Source: Lingula anatina
Taxonomy: Eukaryota > Animalia > Brachiopoda
Assembly (NCBI GenBank): GCA_051362555.1
Contig: CM120642.1
Coordinates: 1,426,001-1,490,000 of the forward strand
Length of the DNA: 64,000 nt
Direction of reading: 5' to 3'
Position numbers and translations under genes: made by a program
Shown: positions 47,689-59,700 of the stretch, in pieces
How positions within the stretch are numbered: position 1 is the stretch's first letter
Layout: every line of letters begins with the position of its first letter
Notes under the pieces: model-generated
Seen by the model: only the letters and a program-made list of their open reading frames with translations
The model's database searches: none
Told to the model about the DNA's origin: nothing

Positions 47689-49119
47689 TTATAATTTTTT
47701 CATTTGCTTGACATAGACCTTGCCATCTCTGACTTCAGTTTCTACCCCCAGTTCTTCCAGCCACGTGTCCTGGTTGGCCACACCCTCCAACTTCATCCCT
47801 GAGATTATTGCCTGGTTTTCTCTGTTATTTTCACACAGGTGTTTAATTGCCAGAATAGCCCACTGTGGCATAAAGGGATTCCTTTTGTCAATATTTGTGT
47901 GATTAAGGATGAGCTGAATGCCGCCTAATTCCCGCACCTTGTCTTGGTTTAGTCTGTGGCCGTAGCACATGTTGCCAATTAACCGAATCAAATCCCTTTT
48001 TAAACCATAGGAGGGGTGTTCTGGATCCACGTGTGCTGCAGCTCCAAGTTTTTCAACTGATGAAAATGCATTGTCCCCTTGCTGCCCAATCATGTAAGCA
48101 CCATGAAGAAGATTTACACAGCATTTCACGAGATCTCCATCTTCTCGTACCTCCTCGTACAACCGTGGAAATGAGAGGGCTGTGCAGAGAATATCAAGTA
48201 TACGCAGCAGGTTGATAGGCTGCAAGGAGACATTGCTATCCTGGTTATGAAAACCTAGGATCATGTGTGCCTTGGTTTGGAAAACTGAACTCATGTAACC
48301 CAGATTTGACATGGAAATGACTCGAGGTTTATCTTCTTGACTGTCTTTTAAATGTGCCAAACAAATGTCCAATAAAGAGGACTGGGATTTTGTTGAAAGC
48401 TTTGGAAACACTTCCTCAAAACCAGAATCTGAATTTAAAAGCTCTCCAATGAAAAACAAGCCCCATTCTAAGTCATAGCGGTATAGGTGACCAAGCACAC
48501 TTTCAATGCAGGAAACAATCCTGTCATCAAAAGGAACCTTTGCTTTAAGGCAACTGTGAATTACCCTACTTGTGTAGTTCAATAACTGTGTGTCATCAAT
48601 ACTAAATAAATAAACAAAATCGTCTCTCATCAGTTCATACACGTGACTTGCTATCTCATACTGCCCTGTGATAAGATTGCCGAGAAACTGAAGGGCACAA
48701 CGCAAACCAAGAACGATTCGATGCTTCAAATCAAACTTTTGGACACATTTTTCATTCTGCAACAGGCTCTGCAGTTCCAAAAGAACTGAGTGGATCGGTA
48801 CATATGCACCAACAGAATCTAGAAACAGCTGATTTCTCGCACATCCTGCGCAGGCGTTTCTCAGAGCTCGAAAACTTTCAGTCAAAATGTCCAACGCCAA
48901 ACAGATACTCTCCCCCGTTCCTTCTTTCCATGAGTTTGTCCACTTCCACGAACCATAATTCTGTATCACTGAAACCACATATCTCAAATTTTCTTCCTCG
49001 ATTGAAAATCTGAATTCCTCGTTCTTCAAATTTTCTGTAATGGACTTTAGCTTGTTGTGGACTGCTTGCGAACTAGAAATATCAATGTTGTGTGCCGCTT
49101 CCCCTTTCATCCCGTCCAT
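47689..49119 (-). CDS. ATXN10: Ataxin-10, 476 aa, intronless
   Basis: ARM-like protein with FRALRNACAGCARNQ, LQFLGNL and Ataxin-10 domain GLKRDLIRLIGNMCY…NQDKVRELGGIQLILNHTNIDKRNPFMPQWAILAIKHLCENNRENQ. Confidence 0.92.
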   Translation of the reverse strand: MDGMKGEAAHNIDISSSQAVHNKLKSITENLKNEEFRFSIEEENLRYVVSVIQNYGSWKWTNSWKEGTGESICLALDILTESFRALRNACAGCARNQLFLDSVGAYVPIHSVLLELQSLLQNEKCVQKFDLKHRIVLGLRCALQFLGNLITGQYEIASHVYELMRDDFVYLFSIDDTQLLNYTSRVIHSCLKAKVPFDDRIVSCIESVLGHLYRYDLEWGLFFIGELLNSDSGFEEVFPKLSTKSQSSLLDICLAHLKDSQEDKPRVISMSNLGYMSSVFQTKAHMILGFHNQDSNVSLQPINLLRILDILCTALSFPRLYEEVREDGDLVKCCVNLLHGAYMIGQQGDNAFSSVEKLGAAAHVDPEHPSYGLKRDLIRLIGNMCYGHRLNQDKVRELGGIQLILNHTNIDKRNPFMPQWAILAIKHLCENNRENQAIISGMKLEGVANQDTWLEELGVETEVRDGKVYVKQMKKL

Positions 49120-49500
49120 GCTGTTGAGGTTGATTGGTCCCCCAAATGCGATTCATTTATAAGACAGATATCTCCGTATCTTGAAAAGGAAAAGGCCCTT
49201 ACAAGTCTGAATTTTCCTCAAAATTCAAAAGCTGAATTATTTTTGAACTTAGAATTTTTTCATTTATTCGATAAAATTCGTCATACAAACCATGTGCTTT
49301 CAAGGGTCCAATCATTTAGCAAAGCCGCTAGCGCCACCTACAGTTCTGTAATAGTTCATATCACAAGATGATCTTGCGAAGTTGATATTGAAAAGATAAG
49401 CTTTGCTTTTCCCAGGATTATTAAATAGTGATCAGGAGTATTGTTGCTAGTTATCCATCCAGCATATTTTATGCTTCATGAGACACAGATTTAGGTAAGT
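49120..49500. promoter_or_regulatory. Probable bidirectional promoter between ATXN10 (-) and the CLC gene (+), with CTCF-like motif
   Basis: ATXN10 ATG at 49119; strong + strand donor ttag|gtaagt at 49495 suggests a non-coding first exon of the CLC gene; CTAGCGCCACCTACAG at 49328-49343 resembles the CTCF core. Confidence 0.45.
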
Positions 49501-50759
49501 TGGAAGTTGTGATGAGAAAAAAAAAATTAGCGAGTGTCCAAGACTTCCTGGCAGCGTCATACTGTAACGCACATTTTCCTCCTTGTCATGACGAATCTTT
49601 ATCTTTGAGCTGTCATTGTCACGGCGCGTTTTTGTCCCCAAGACTTTGATGTAAGCATTATCGCCAACGAGTCTCTGCTTCCAGCTGATAAAAAAGACCA
49701 GTTATTAAATATTAAATATTCCTTTGACGCCATGCCCCAAACTATAAACGTTATAATTTAATTATAATTTATATAATTTGAAAAAATGACTAGCGGTATC
49801 ATACAAGAATATAGTCATATGTTGTATGTGTTGTCTATGACTGTGGAAGCATTCACATTCTAGATTTCTAGTACAACGTACAGAATGTTATATATAAATA
49901 GATCTGACCCCGCAGTGAACATTAGAAACAGGATATTATTACTATTATTTTGTATTCACCTTTATGTAAGAAGACCTTTTGTACACTGTGTACTTGGTAC
50001 AAGCCATCACATGCTTTGTGGTGTGCTGAAAGATGTGCTATACACATTTGAAATGCCCCAAAGTTATACCTTTATGACTACATAACCTGCAAACCTACAT
50101 GTACTTATTTTTCCCAATTCAGACTTTTAAATATACCCAGTTCTAGCCCCCCTCCCCTATATAAGCATCTGATGTCAGTATTTCCTTCTGAAATGTACAA
50201 GAAGACATGGCAGTCTTAAAGGCTTACTAGTACCTGTCATTTGAACTAAATTATTTAATTAGAAATGGCACAATACATCGAATTCAAGTGCAGGAACCAG
50301 TTAAGCAGTGGTTTGTGAGCGGAAAAAATTGTCTTTTGTTGTCAAGGAAAATTTATGTGGTGCAATAGAGGATAGCTTCCTTGTATGTACAATTTGAAAA
50401 ACAGTGCTGGGGAGAAAATTATTTATACGTGGCAAAAAAATTAGATATTATGTTTTTAAGCTGTTTATTATAAATAAATAATTCTTTCAATTGATTGGAT
50501 TGCTATTTCCTTAGATTATTGATAATTTAATTGTTAAACTACATATTTTTATTACAATACAAAATGAATAAAAATTTAATTTTTACAGGAAGGATTCTAA
50601 GTTTAGACTACAATTGAATGAAGTTTATATCTGTGGTTATAATACAAGTGTATTCATATAGTATACAGAGGAACATCACTGGGAATTATTAAACTTTGAA
50701 ATCATCCCATCATTGTACAAGAATAACAGCACACAGTCTGGAAATTCCTTCAATGGCCC

Positions 50760-53700
50760 ATGACGCATCTAATGGAAACAGACTTTCTTCTGAATGAGCA
50801 ACCCCCCAGGCCCCCCTCTAACGCCCGTTATAGAGCCCTGACCGCCAAGAATGGAGATGTAACCTACACTGACAGCATTGAACGCCTTGAAAGTTACGAC
50901 GACGATGAAGCCATGATTGATATTACGACAAATGCACATGAAGACCTCAGCAAAGTGGTTGACAAGTCACGAGGTAGGTCTGCATTCCGTTGAGGTATTT
51001 GAGACTGGAATCGGCTTGTGGGTGTGAATCTGACATGTTTAAAGTTATATATTAATGTTTTACTTTTTATTCAAACATTTTCATGAATTTTAAATATGAT
51101 TGGCCCATTAATGTATTTATTTATTTACTTTAAATTTAGTTAATTTAACAATATTTTTTATCTGTATATAATTTCACATTCTATATGTATTTTGATACTT
51201 TGCAGTATTTTCTTATTTTAACCATCCAAAAATATACGTTTTGCATGTGTTTATTAAAGTTTTAAAATTGAAATGCAGATTATGATATGTCAAAATTGGA
51301 ACCAATTAGCCGAAATTGTACAGCCATCAAGCATTATTAATTTTGAAAATAATTTTTAATGATTTTATGGTATATTTCACTGTGAAGCAATTTGTGTGTG
51401 AATTTAAAAAAAAAAAAAAGATTCATCCACCAACCCACCCTGATTAAGTAGTGGTCACATTCTCAGGATCATATGATGCTCACACTTTCAAATCTCTTGA
51501 TCAGTAGGAATGGTGTTTCCTTATAGCCATAAATTACAAGAAAATGAAACCAAAATGAATGCCATAGCTTCATTATTCAAATCATTACCTTACTTAGTAA
51601 ATGGTTACTGGCTGTTTTCAGTATGATTTTCTAGAACTTGTTCCTGAAGAAATAAAAATTGAAAATTATTTCTAACCCACTCCCTTCTTCAGAGGTGAAT
51701 CTTGACTGGTCATCTGCTTTCTTTCATATTCGTTGTATCCATGTTTAAATAGGGTGAATGTAACTTATTACACATGTATATATCTAATTATGCGCTATGT
51801 TTACATTTGATTCAATTAATAAATCACACATTGTCACTCATGCGTATCATGGACATGCATGCATGAGTGCACACACACGTATGTGCGAATTCACATGCTC
51901 ACATGCCATGGTCTAGCCTTTTGGGCAGGTGTTATTTTTTTGTTTTCAGCCAGTGTTCAGTCAAAAGAATATTAGCATAGTTGAGGTAGCCATTTAAGGG
52001 GAGAGTGTGTGAATTTCAATGAGGTAGGCTAAATGTAAATAGGAACTTGTGAATAAAAGGTTTCCAATTTAGGCCACACTTTTTTAATTTTATGGATGAC
52101 ATCCTGCGCGCGCATGGATTTTCGCCCGTTCTCCAAAAAAAAAAAAAAAAAAAAAGCCCCCCCCCCCCCCCCCAGCCCCCAACGAAGTCGGTTGTCGCAA
52201 ACGTTGTTATTGAATTTGCAAGGAAATGAGCTTTCTGCGCATGCGTATTTTCGCCACGTGGAAATGCGGCCACTTTGCTGTCAAATTCATCTCTAGGATT
52301 ACTTTCAAATTACACAACAATAAAAGTCATAAAGAGAATGGGAGCCATCGTTTTGGATTGGTATGCCATTGATATTGGGCATGGAGATATCACCTTTTTA
52401 CAATTGTGCAAAAGGCTGGCGGCGGCCGAAACATTTCTGTGACATTCTGTATAAAGCAGCACATTAATACCAGGTTTTCTGTAGCGAAAAAAGGGTCGAC
52501 AAGGGCATCGAGGTATTTGGTGGGCTGAAGGTCGGACAGGCCACCAGACAGTTTAGCTGCTTTGTGTGAGTTGAAGTTGACAAAATGGCATCGTCTGAAA
52601 TGACCTTTAATAGATTTGGTAGTATTAAGCATATCTTTGCATCATTTTTTAAACATTTCTGTGAAGTGTTCAAAATGTTTTAATATTCTGAGAATACAAA
52701 TAAAGACACACTGTTTGATTGATATTTGTTTTATTGATTGCTATACCAAATGAATGCATGAAATAACCTTAAATAGATTTGGTAATATGAAGTATATCAA
52801 TTCATGACTTTTTTTAACATTTCTACGAAGTATTCACAATGCTTTAATATTTTGAGAGCAAGGATAAAGACATATTGTTAGTTTGATACGTGTTTCTGTG
52901 GTGAAACTTGTGTTTCCAGCTGTGTACTGACAGCATTCCTTTACTTAAGCAGTTTTTTTTTTTTTTTTGGACTGTTTTTTTTTTTTCGCCCTCTCGCACC
53001 GATTTTGGGGTACCCAGAGGATGTCATCCATAAAAATAAAAAAGTGTGGCCTTAGTTGACTTAAATAACAGAGTACAAGCTGGAAGCAGGTCAGCTGTAC
53101 AGTGAACAACTCACTTGTGGCCTATGCTACTGTATTGTGAGGCATATTTGGAATTTTGGACCCACCAAGCACATGCAGGGATCTGTTTATTGTAACATGC
53201 TTGACTTTGTAGAATCTACCTTTGGATCTAGCTTTATATGCATAGGCAGTTGGTTTATGAACAGAATCTGATAGACACAGAGAAATGTGTGCAGTTTCTT
53301 CAATACAGAGTTAATATATTGGCACAGATTCTATGCAGAATTTCCTATAAGGATTCATTGCAGTGAATTGGAAAAAACAATAGTGTCCTGAATTTAGGTG
53401 ATGGTTTTCACTGAAGTAGTGGCAGTTGTCATGAGAGAATGGCTTCACCCTGAGTAACACAAAAGTCAGCATCTGGAGCATCTTGTATTGACGACCTTCA
53501 AGGCAAATATCGAGCTGTATTAACACCAGTTTGCACAGATGACATCATATTCGACCTAAATTTTGATGAACTGCCCAGTACTATATCTGAAACAGATAAA
53601 GGGTAAAATTTAAGCTTAACATTGAATAGATCTGTTATCTGGTGCATTGTTTGAATAGAGGGGTGTGTACTGGTACATGTATTTGTGGGGCACAGTATCA

Positions 53701-56700
53701 GGTACTTCCCATTGGAGGTTGAGGCTGGTACCAGTCACTAGTGAACAGTAGGCTTTGGAAGGGGGTGTGGCACATGAAAAGTAACATGATTTGTATTGCA
53801 CAGAAGGGGAATCTCATTTGAAACTGCTTAAAACATGGATAACATCCACAGCAGATTTTGACAGAAGTAAATATGGATATTAAACCAAGTGCTTATTACA
53901 ATATATGGAATCCAGATAACTGTCAGTGATGATGACTGGATGGTCATTGTGATGGTTATCAGTCTGGGCCACTTTTGGAGAACTACACGTTAAATGGCTG
54001 AAATGGAAATGCCTTCTATCAGTAGTGTTAGCAGTGGCTTGGACACTGCAGCATTGGTCAGTGAGGACGGTCCTCGTGATGTCAGGACAGGACGAGGACA
54101 TGCTCTGGACAGTCCTGACATGGACACTCAGGCACATGTGCCCAGTATAGATGGGGCACATGTTAACGCTGGAAGGAATAAAATGACCAGTAGGCACAGG
54201 GGCCAGTGGAGTGCTAGAGGTATTGTGTTATAAATGTATCTTGTTATTTTCAGTCATATGGACCTGTTGAATGTTTACTAGAACATGTGTGTCAGAAATA
54301 GAATCTATTCTTGTCAGAGAGGAAATATCTCAGGAAAAAAAAAAAACATATTGTATTATTTAGAAGGTCATCTAACCCAAGGATGAATGTCTGTTGGCAT
54401 TTGCATATATAATATACACAACTTTCTTATCCAAGTAAATAATGCAAGGTAAATTTATATATTTGATTATAATTTAGCTCCATTCTGCAAGGAAAAAAAG
54501 ATTTTGTCTACGAGCCCATGACCACTGCTCATTTTGATTCTACTTATCAAAAAAAAAAAAAAAAAATTTGCCAAAAAAAAATTTACTATCAAAAATGTAA
54601 AATCTGTTTGCCAGCCTGAGCCAGGATGAGGAAAAATGCCTGTCAGAATAATAGGAGCTGACATGTAGAAGTAACATATTGCAAACTACTAGTAGCTAGT
54701 TATTGCCATACAGAGTGCAATGAGAAACTGCTTTTTTTCCTGAAAACTGCTGGAGGCTGGTGAGGCATATTCCTTTGGTTTTATTTAGCAAAAACTAAGT
54801 TTTAAAGATTTCAACACATTGTCATTCTGGTGAAACTGTTTATGTATCAATAATTAATTTTTATTTTAGTTGTTTTTATTTATTAACTATTTTATTTTAT
54901 TCTTTTTTGGTGGGTTGGGTGGGGATGACACAGTACCTCTGTGAAAAGCACAAATTACCCTATGCTGGGATAAATAAACATTAATACAAGATATTGGTTG
55001 GTTAGATTATTTCTATAATCTCAAAGGTATGACAGCACGAAATCAGGATAAGGTCACGAAAAGCATAACGAGAAAAAATGATTATCAAACTTTTATAAAA
55101 ACATGCGGTGTAAACCAAACATGCAATTTTCAAAGCCGTGAGCCCCCCTCAGTTCACCAATAATACCCTCAACACACAACAATGGGGGCAATTTGTTAAA
55201 TGGGTGAAAGTTCAGTAAAATTCAGATCACTCAATGACATTATTATGACAAGCACCCAGTTGTGACTAAATTTGATTGTCACAAGCACCAGTTGACTTCT
55301 AAGAGGACCATGAAGTTCAGTGACAGATAAATTAGTTGCCCGCACTGGTCTTTTTATCTAAAATGTGTCCCCTGACACAACTCCAGCACACCTTTACATA
55401 AATAACACATTTTCAGTTAAATTATCCCAGAGGTAGACATTTGCTATATAGCCCACTTTCTACTATACCTGTTTAAGAGGTTTGATTCCTGTTGATATGA
55501 ACATGTATAATTCACAATCTTCTGGCAGTGGTAAGCTGCAGTGGTAAGCTGCTTGTGACAGTGAGAGTTACTTGGAATGCTACCAAGTTCAGCCAGGCAT
55601 TTCCATTGTATTATGACTTCTGCTGGAGAATGTCAGGGTTCAATTGACCATGGATATGTAATCATACGGTGAAGTTTTTTTTTGACTCCATATGCTGCTG
55701 GGGCTTTACAGTGTCTAGTGTAGCATTAGGTGGAGTTTTCACCAGTCATTGAGAAGATGAAGTGACCTGGTCACTGGACATTCTGTGTGAGACTTGAGAC
55801 CTAATGCAAGAGATCAGTGATTAGATATTTATATCATACTGTTACATAAAGAAACTGTGGAAAGGACCAAAAACTGTGTAATAGACAAGCTCAGTGATAT
55901 ATGCAAGTCACTGCTGCTGTATTAAAGAGACTAGAGAGTATATGGAAGATAATGTCTGTTCTTATACAGTGACCTGTTCACTGTAGGTGCTATGTTAGAG
56001 ACTACAGATCTTATGGAAGACTACTGCTATTTTAAATGGTCAGGAGACTCAGTGTAAGATAGATGTTCAGTTTCTCAGTGGAGTGTGACAATGAGTCTGT
56101 CACGGTCGTTGTCATATCAGCTACAGGGAAGAGGACTCAGGGGCTATGGTAAGATTCATCAGCAGGTGGTTTGTAGTGGTGTTCACAACAGAAGTAACTC
56201 AAACCAGATGTGTTATTCCTTCTGGCATCACCGGATTGCTATATAATGTGGGGTTTGAAAATTTTAATGTAAAATCCATTAGCATGTTGTCGAATTGGTG
56301 TTTAGAACTCTGAAATTAAACCAGGATTTATTAATCAAGTGTCCCTAACTTATGATTTTAATTTGTTTATTTAACTTTGTAATTTCACAGATGGTAACTT
56401 GTTACTGCTATAATATAATGATAAAGGCTATGTCATGTATCATATTTGACTCTATGGTTTTTGTAACGGAAAGAGTTCACTGTAAGACTAAGTCACCTGA
56501 TGCCAGTCATGCTGATATCATCAGGTTGTTTTATGTGATGGGATTTAAAGTTTCATTGGTAAATGTTGGCTTTTTGACATAGTTGGGTCATTTCCTGACC
56601 AAAGTTTGTCCATTTGTGAATACATCATCAGTTTCCAAGATGTGTTGAATTTGGTGGTGGTGCTAGATTGGGGTTGACTCTTGTTTGTTAGACATCTGCT

Positions 56701-59700
56701 ATTTATCATAGTTCAAATATCATTACATGTGGCTAGTGCTAATGTAAAGTTCTTGACATTATATTAGTCGTAATAAGGTTTAATGTAAGAGGTGACTACT
56801 TGTTGGTTAAGTTTTCAATGATTTTTTTACCAAAAGCTTACATATATCGTCATGTATACAGGGCTTTCGTATACTTTAAAATTTCATGTCAGTGATAGAT
56901 ACTGTATACTGATATTAAATCCATATCAATCCGTCATTAATAATTACCTTTGCTTATATTTAGCATGAAATACCATAGTACTTCCAGTCATGAAAGCACA
57001 GATTTCCTATCTATATAGGTAAAAAAATGAAAACATATAAGGAAGCTGGGGGGAAGGTGCAGCTGTCAACCCTCCACCTTCTTGTGTTTCCAACCTTTGC
57101 TTAAAAGATATTGAAGCAGCAGCCTCTAGAATAACTCTACTACTAGTATTTATGGCCTATGGTTTAAACAGTTTAACTGATAAAATATTGAAGTGGCAAC
57201 TTCTAGCATACCTCTAATAGAATTTATGTCCTATGGTTTCAAACCTTTGCTGATAAAATATTAAAGTGGCAACTTCTAGAATACCTCTAATAGAATTTAT
57301 GTCCTATGGTTTCAAACCTTTGCTGATAAAATATTAAAGTGGCAACTTCTAGAATATCTCTAATAGAATTTATGGCTGATGGTTTCAAACCTTTGCTGAT
57401 AAAATATTAAAGTGGCAACTTCTAGAATACCTCTAATAGAATTTGTCTTATGGTTTCAAACCTTTGCTGATAAAATATTGAAGCTACAACCTATAGAATA
57501 CTCCCAGTTCTGTTTGTCTCTTTGTTAAGTTTCTGTTGTTGAATACGTAGTCAATCTACTAGTAGTAGGCATTTTGAAGCAAGTCAATAAAGGGGAGAGA
57601 TGTAATTGAGATATTCTAGGAGTAAATTGAAACATCTACAGTGCGGAGAGGCCTCTGTCATGTGCACCATGATTGCTTCTTATTGATGTGTGGTCAGACA
57701 AGGAGACCTTTAGACCGAAAAAGTAGCTTAAGTCAGTGAGGTGTATGGGATATGTAAGTGTACAAAACACAGTACTTGGGAAATTTTAATATGGAAAATA
57801 TCAAGAACAAAAGGCCATGATGTACAAGTGTGCAGGATACACCACATTTGAATCTTTAATCTTGGAATCATCTGTGGTATAAATGGATATATTCTTGGCA
57901 AGATACTTATGCTTCACTGAAAGCAGCTATGATTATTTCTGTCAGTCAGAAAGATGCACACTTGATCAACCTTGAGACAAAAATCAATATCTTTTCTAAT
58001 AGACTCTGAGAGGAAGTCCCTAATGTATTTAATGTCCATATAAAACAATAGCTCGGAGTGGTGGTCTGTTTCTGAATGTTTCAGTACGGGAAATGACGTT
58101 AAATTGACAGGATATTCTTCATGAATTCAAAACGTATATAACAATGAGTGCAAGTTACCTTGCGATCTGGTTCAGAGTGCAAATAGCAGTGTTAACCACG
58201 TTTACTGTGAGGACTGTTCTAGCCGGGAAATTTACTGCAATCAGTGTGTCATTCGTCACTAATCAGTAACCATGGCAATGCATGTCAAAATTCTTTATAG
58301 GTCATGGCACAGTGAATTCCAGGCGATTTCCACCTTTTAATTATGCCGAGTGAAGCCCTTTTGTACATAGAGCTGTTTTCTGATAAATTAATACCCTAGT
58401 TCCTAAGTAAGAGAGTCCACTTTTTGCCGATCTAGTGGATAATAGTGGCTTTTAAAGCTGTTGCCAGTCACTTAGACAGGCTGAACACAATTTCCTATTG
58501 GCTATATTCCTTGGAATTTTATCCTTGGTGACCAGTTAGACTCAGTGGCTGTGACATGTCTGGCGATAAGACCAAAATATTTGAAACAAAATGAAATCTG
58601 ATCAAAATGGAAGATGTAGTTGACATGATGGCTTTTCCTTTTCCACAACAGGGTTTTACTGATTATTTATAAATCTCACTCCACAGGGGTAATCCTATGA
58701 GACCTGGTGATTTGTTATAGTCAAGATAATATCAGAGAAAGATTAATTACTTTTTGATATAAAATTGCTAAAATCTATCTCAGAATGTCATTAATCCTCT
58801 TCTTATATGATCCTGATTAAAAAATGCTACCTTTGTTTCCCTCACAATATGAACAAAAAATTAAACCTGCTTTTATAGAAAAAAATCCCTAAGCTGACAG
58901 CCTTTCCCTTTTCCTTGCAAATTATTTGAAAAATGAAAAATTGCGACTAGAAGTAAATTACTCAGATATTCATGCATTGTGAACGAGCTGAACAGTCAAA
59001 ATTATTGAAAATGTTCATGGATCAAAATTCCTTTTTACTAGAATTTTTTTACAAATAAAATAAGGATAATAAGATATTAGAAATTGTTTTTGTGATGAAG
59101 TCAATGATTCAAAAAAAAAAAAAAAAAAATTAAAATGATAAACTTCAACAAACTTTTCTCCTATATTGTCTAGTGCAGTCTCAAACATACGTGAACCCAA
59201 ACTTTCTTCATGGTGGTGATAGCAGCTCCGATGAAGAACTGCTGGAGATTGGCACTCTCAGGAATAAATTTTCTTTAGGAACTAAAACTGCTGCCATAAC
59301 TTGTGCTGTATCACACAAACGTCAAGTTAAACTCAGAGGTTAGGTTTGTGAACTGTGTTAAACTTCTTTGGGTTTGGGTATTAAAATCTGTGTTTGGATT
59401 AGTTTACAGTTCAGTTTTTGGGCCATTTTCCTGAAATGAAAATGTATGATTTTCTGACTTCAGATCACCTGCAATCAAGGGTCCAGTGTGACATCTTGAT
59501 TCAGAACTTAAAAATCTGGTTATAAAGTATAATTTTAAAATAAATAACAGAACAAAAAATCTTTTTAATGATGTGTCAAAATATGAACAATTGACAAGCA
59601 CAAATTGATGTATACCCTCAGAAAGACAACTAGTATGTCCTAGAAACCAGAAATCCTGAAAAATGGCTAGTGGATAACTTGATTGCCAGTGATTTGAGTC

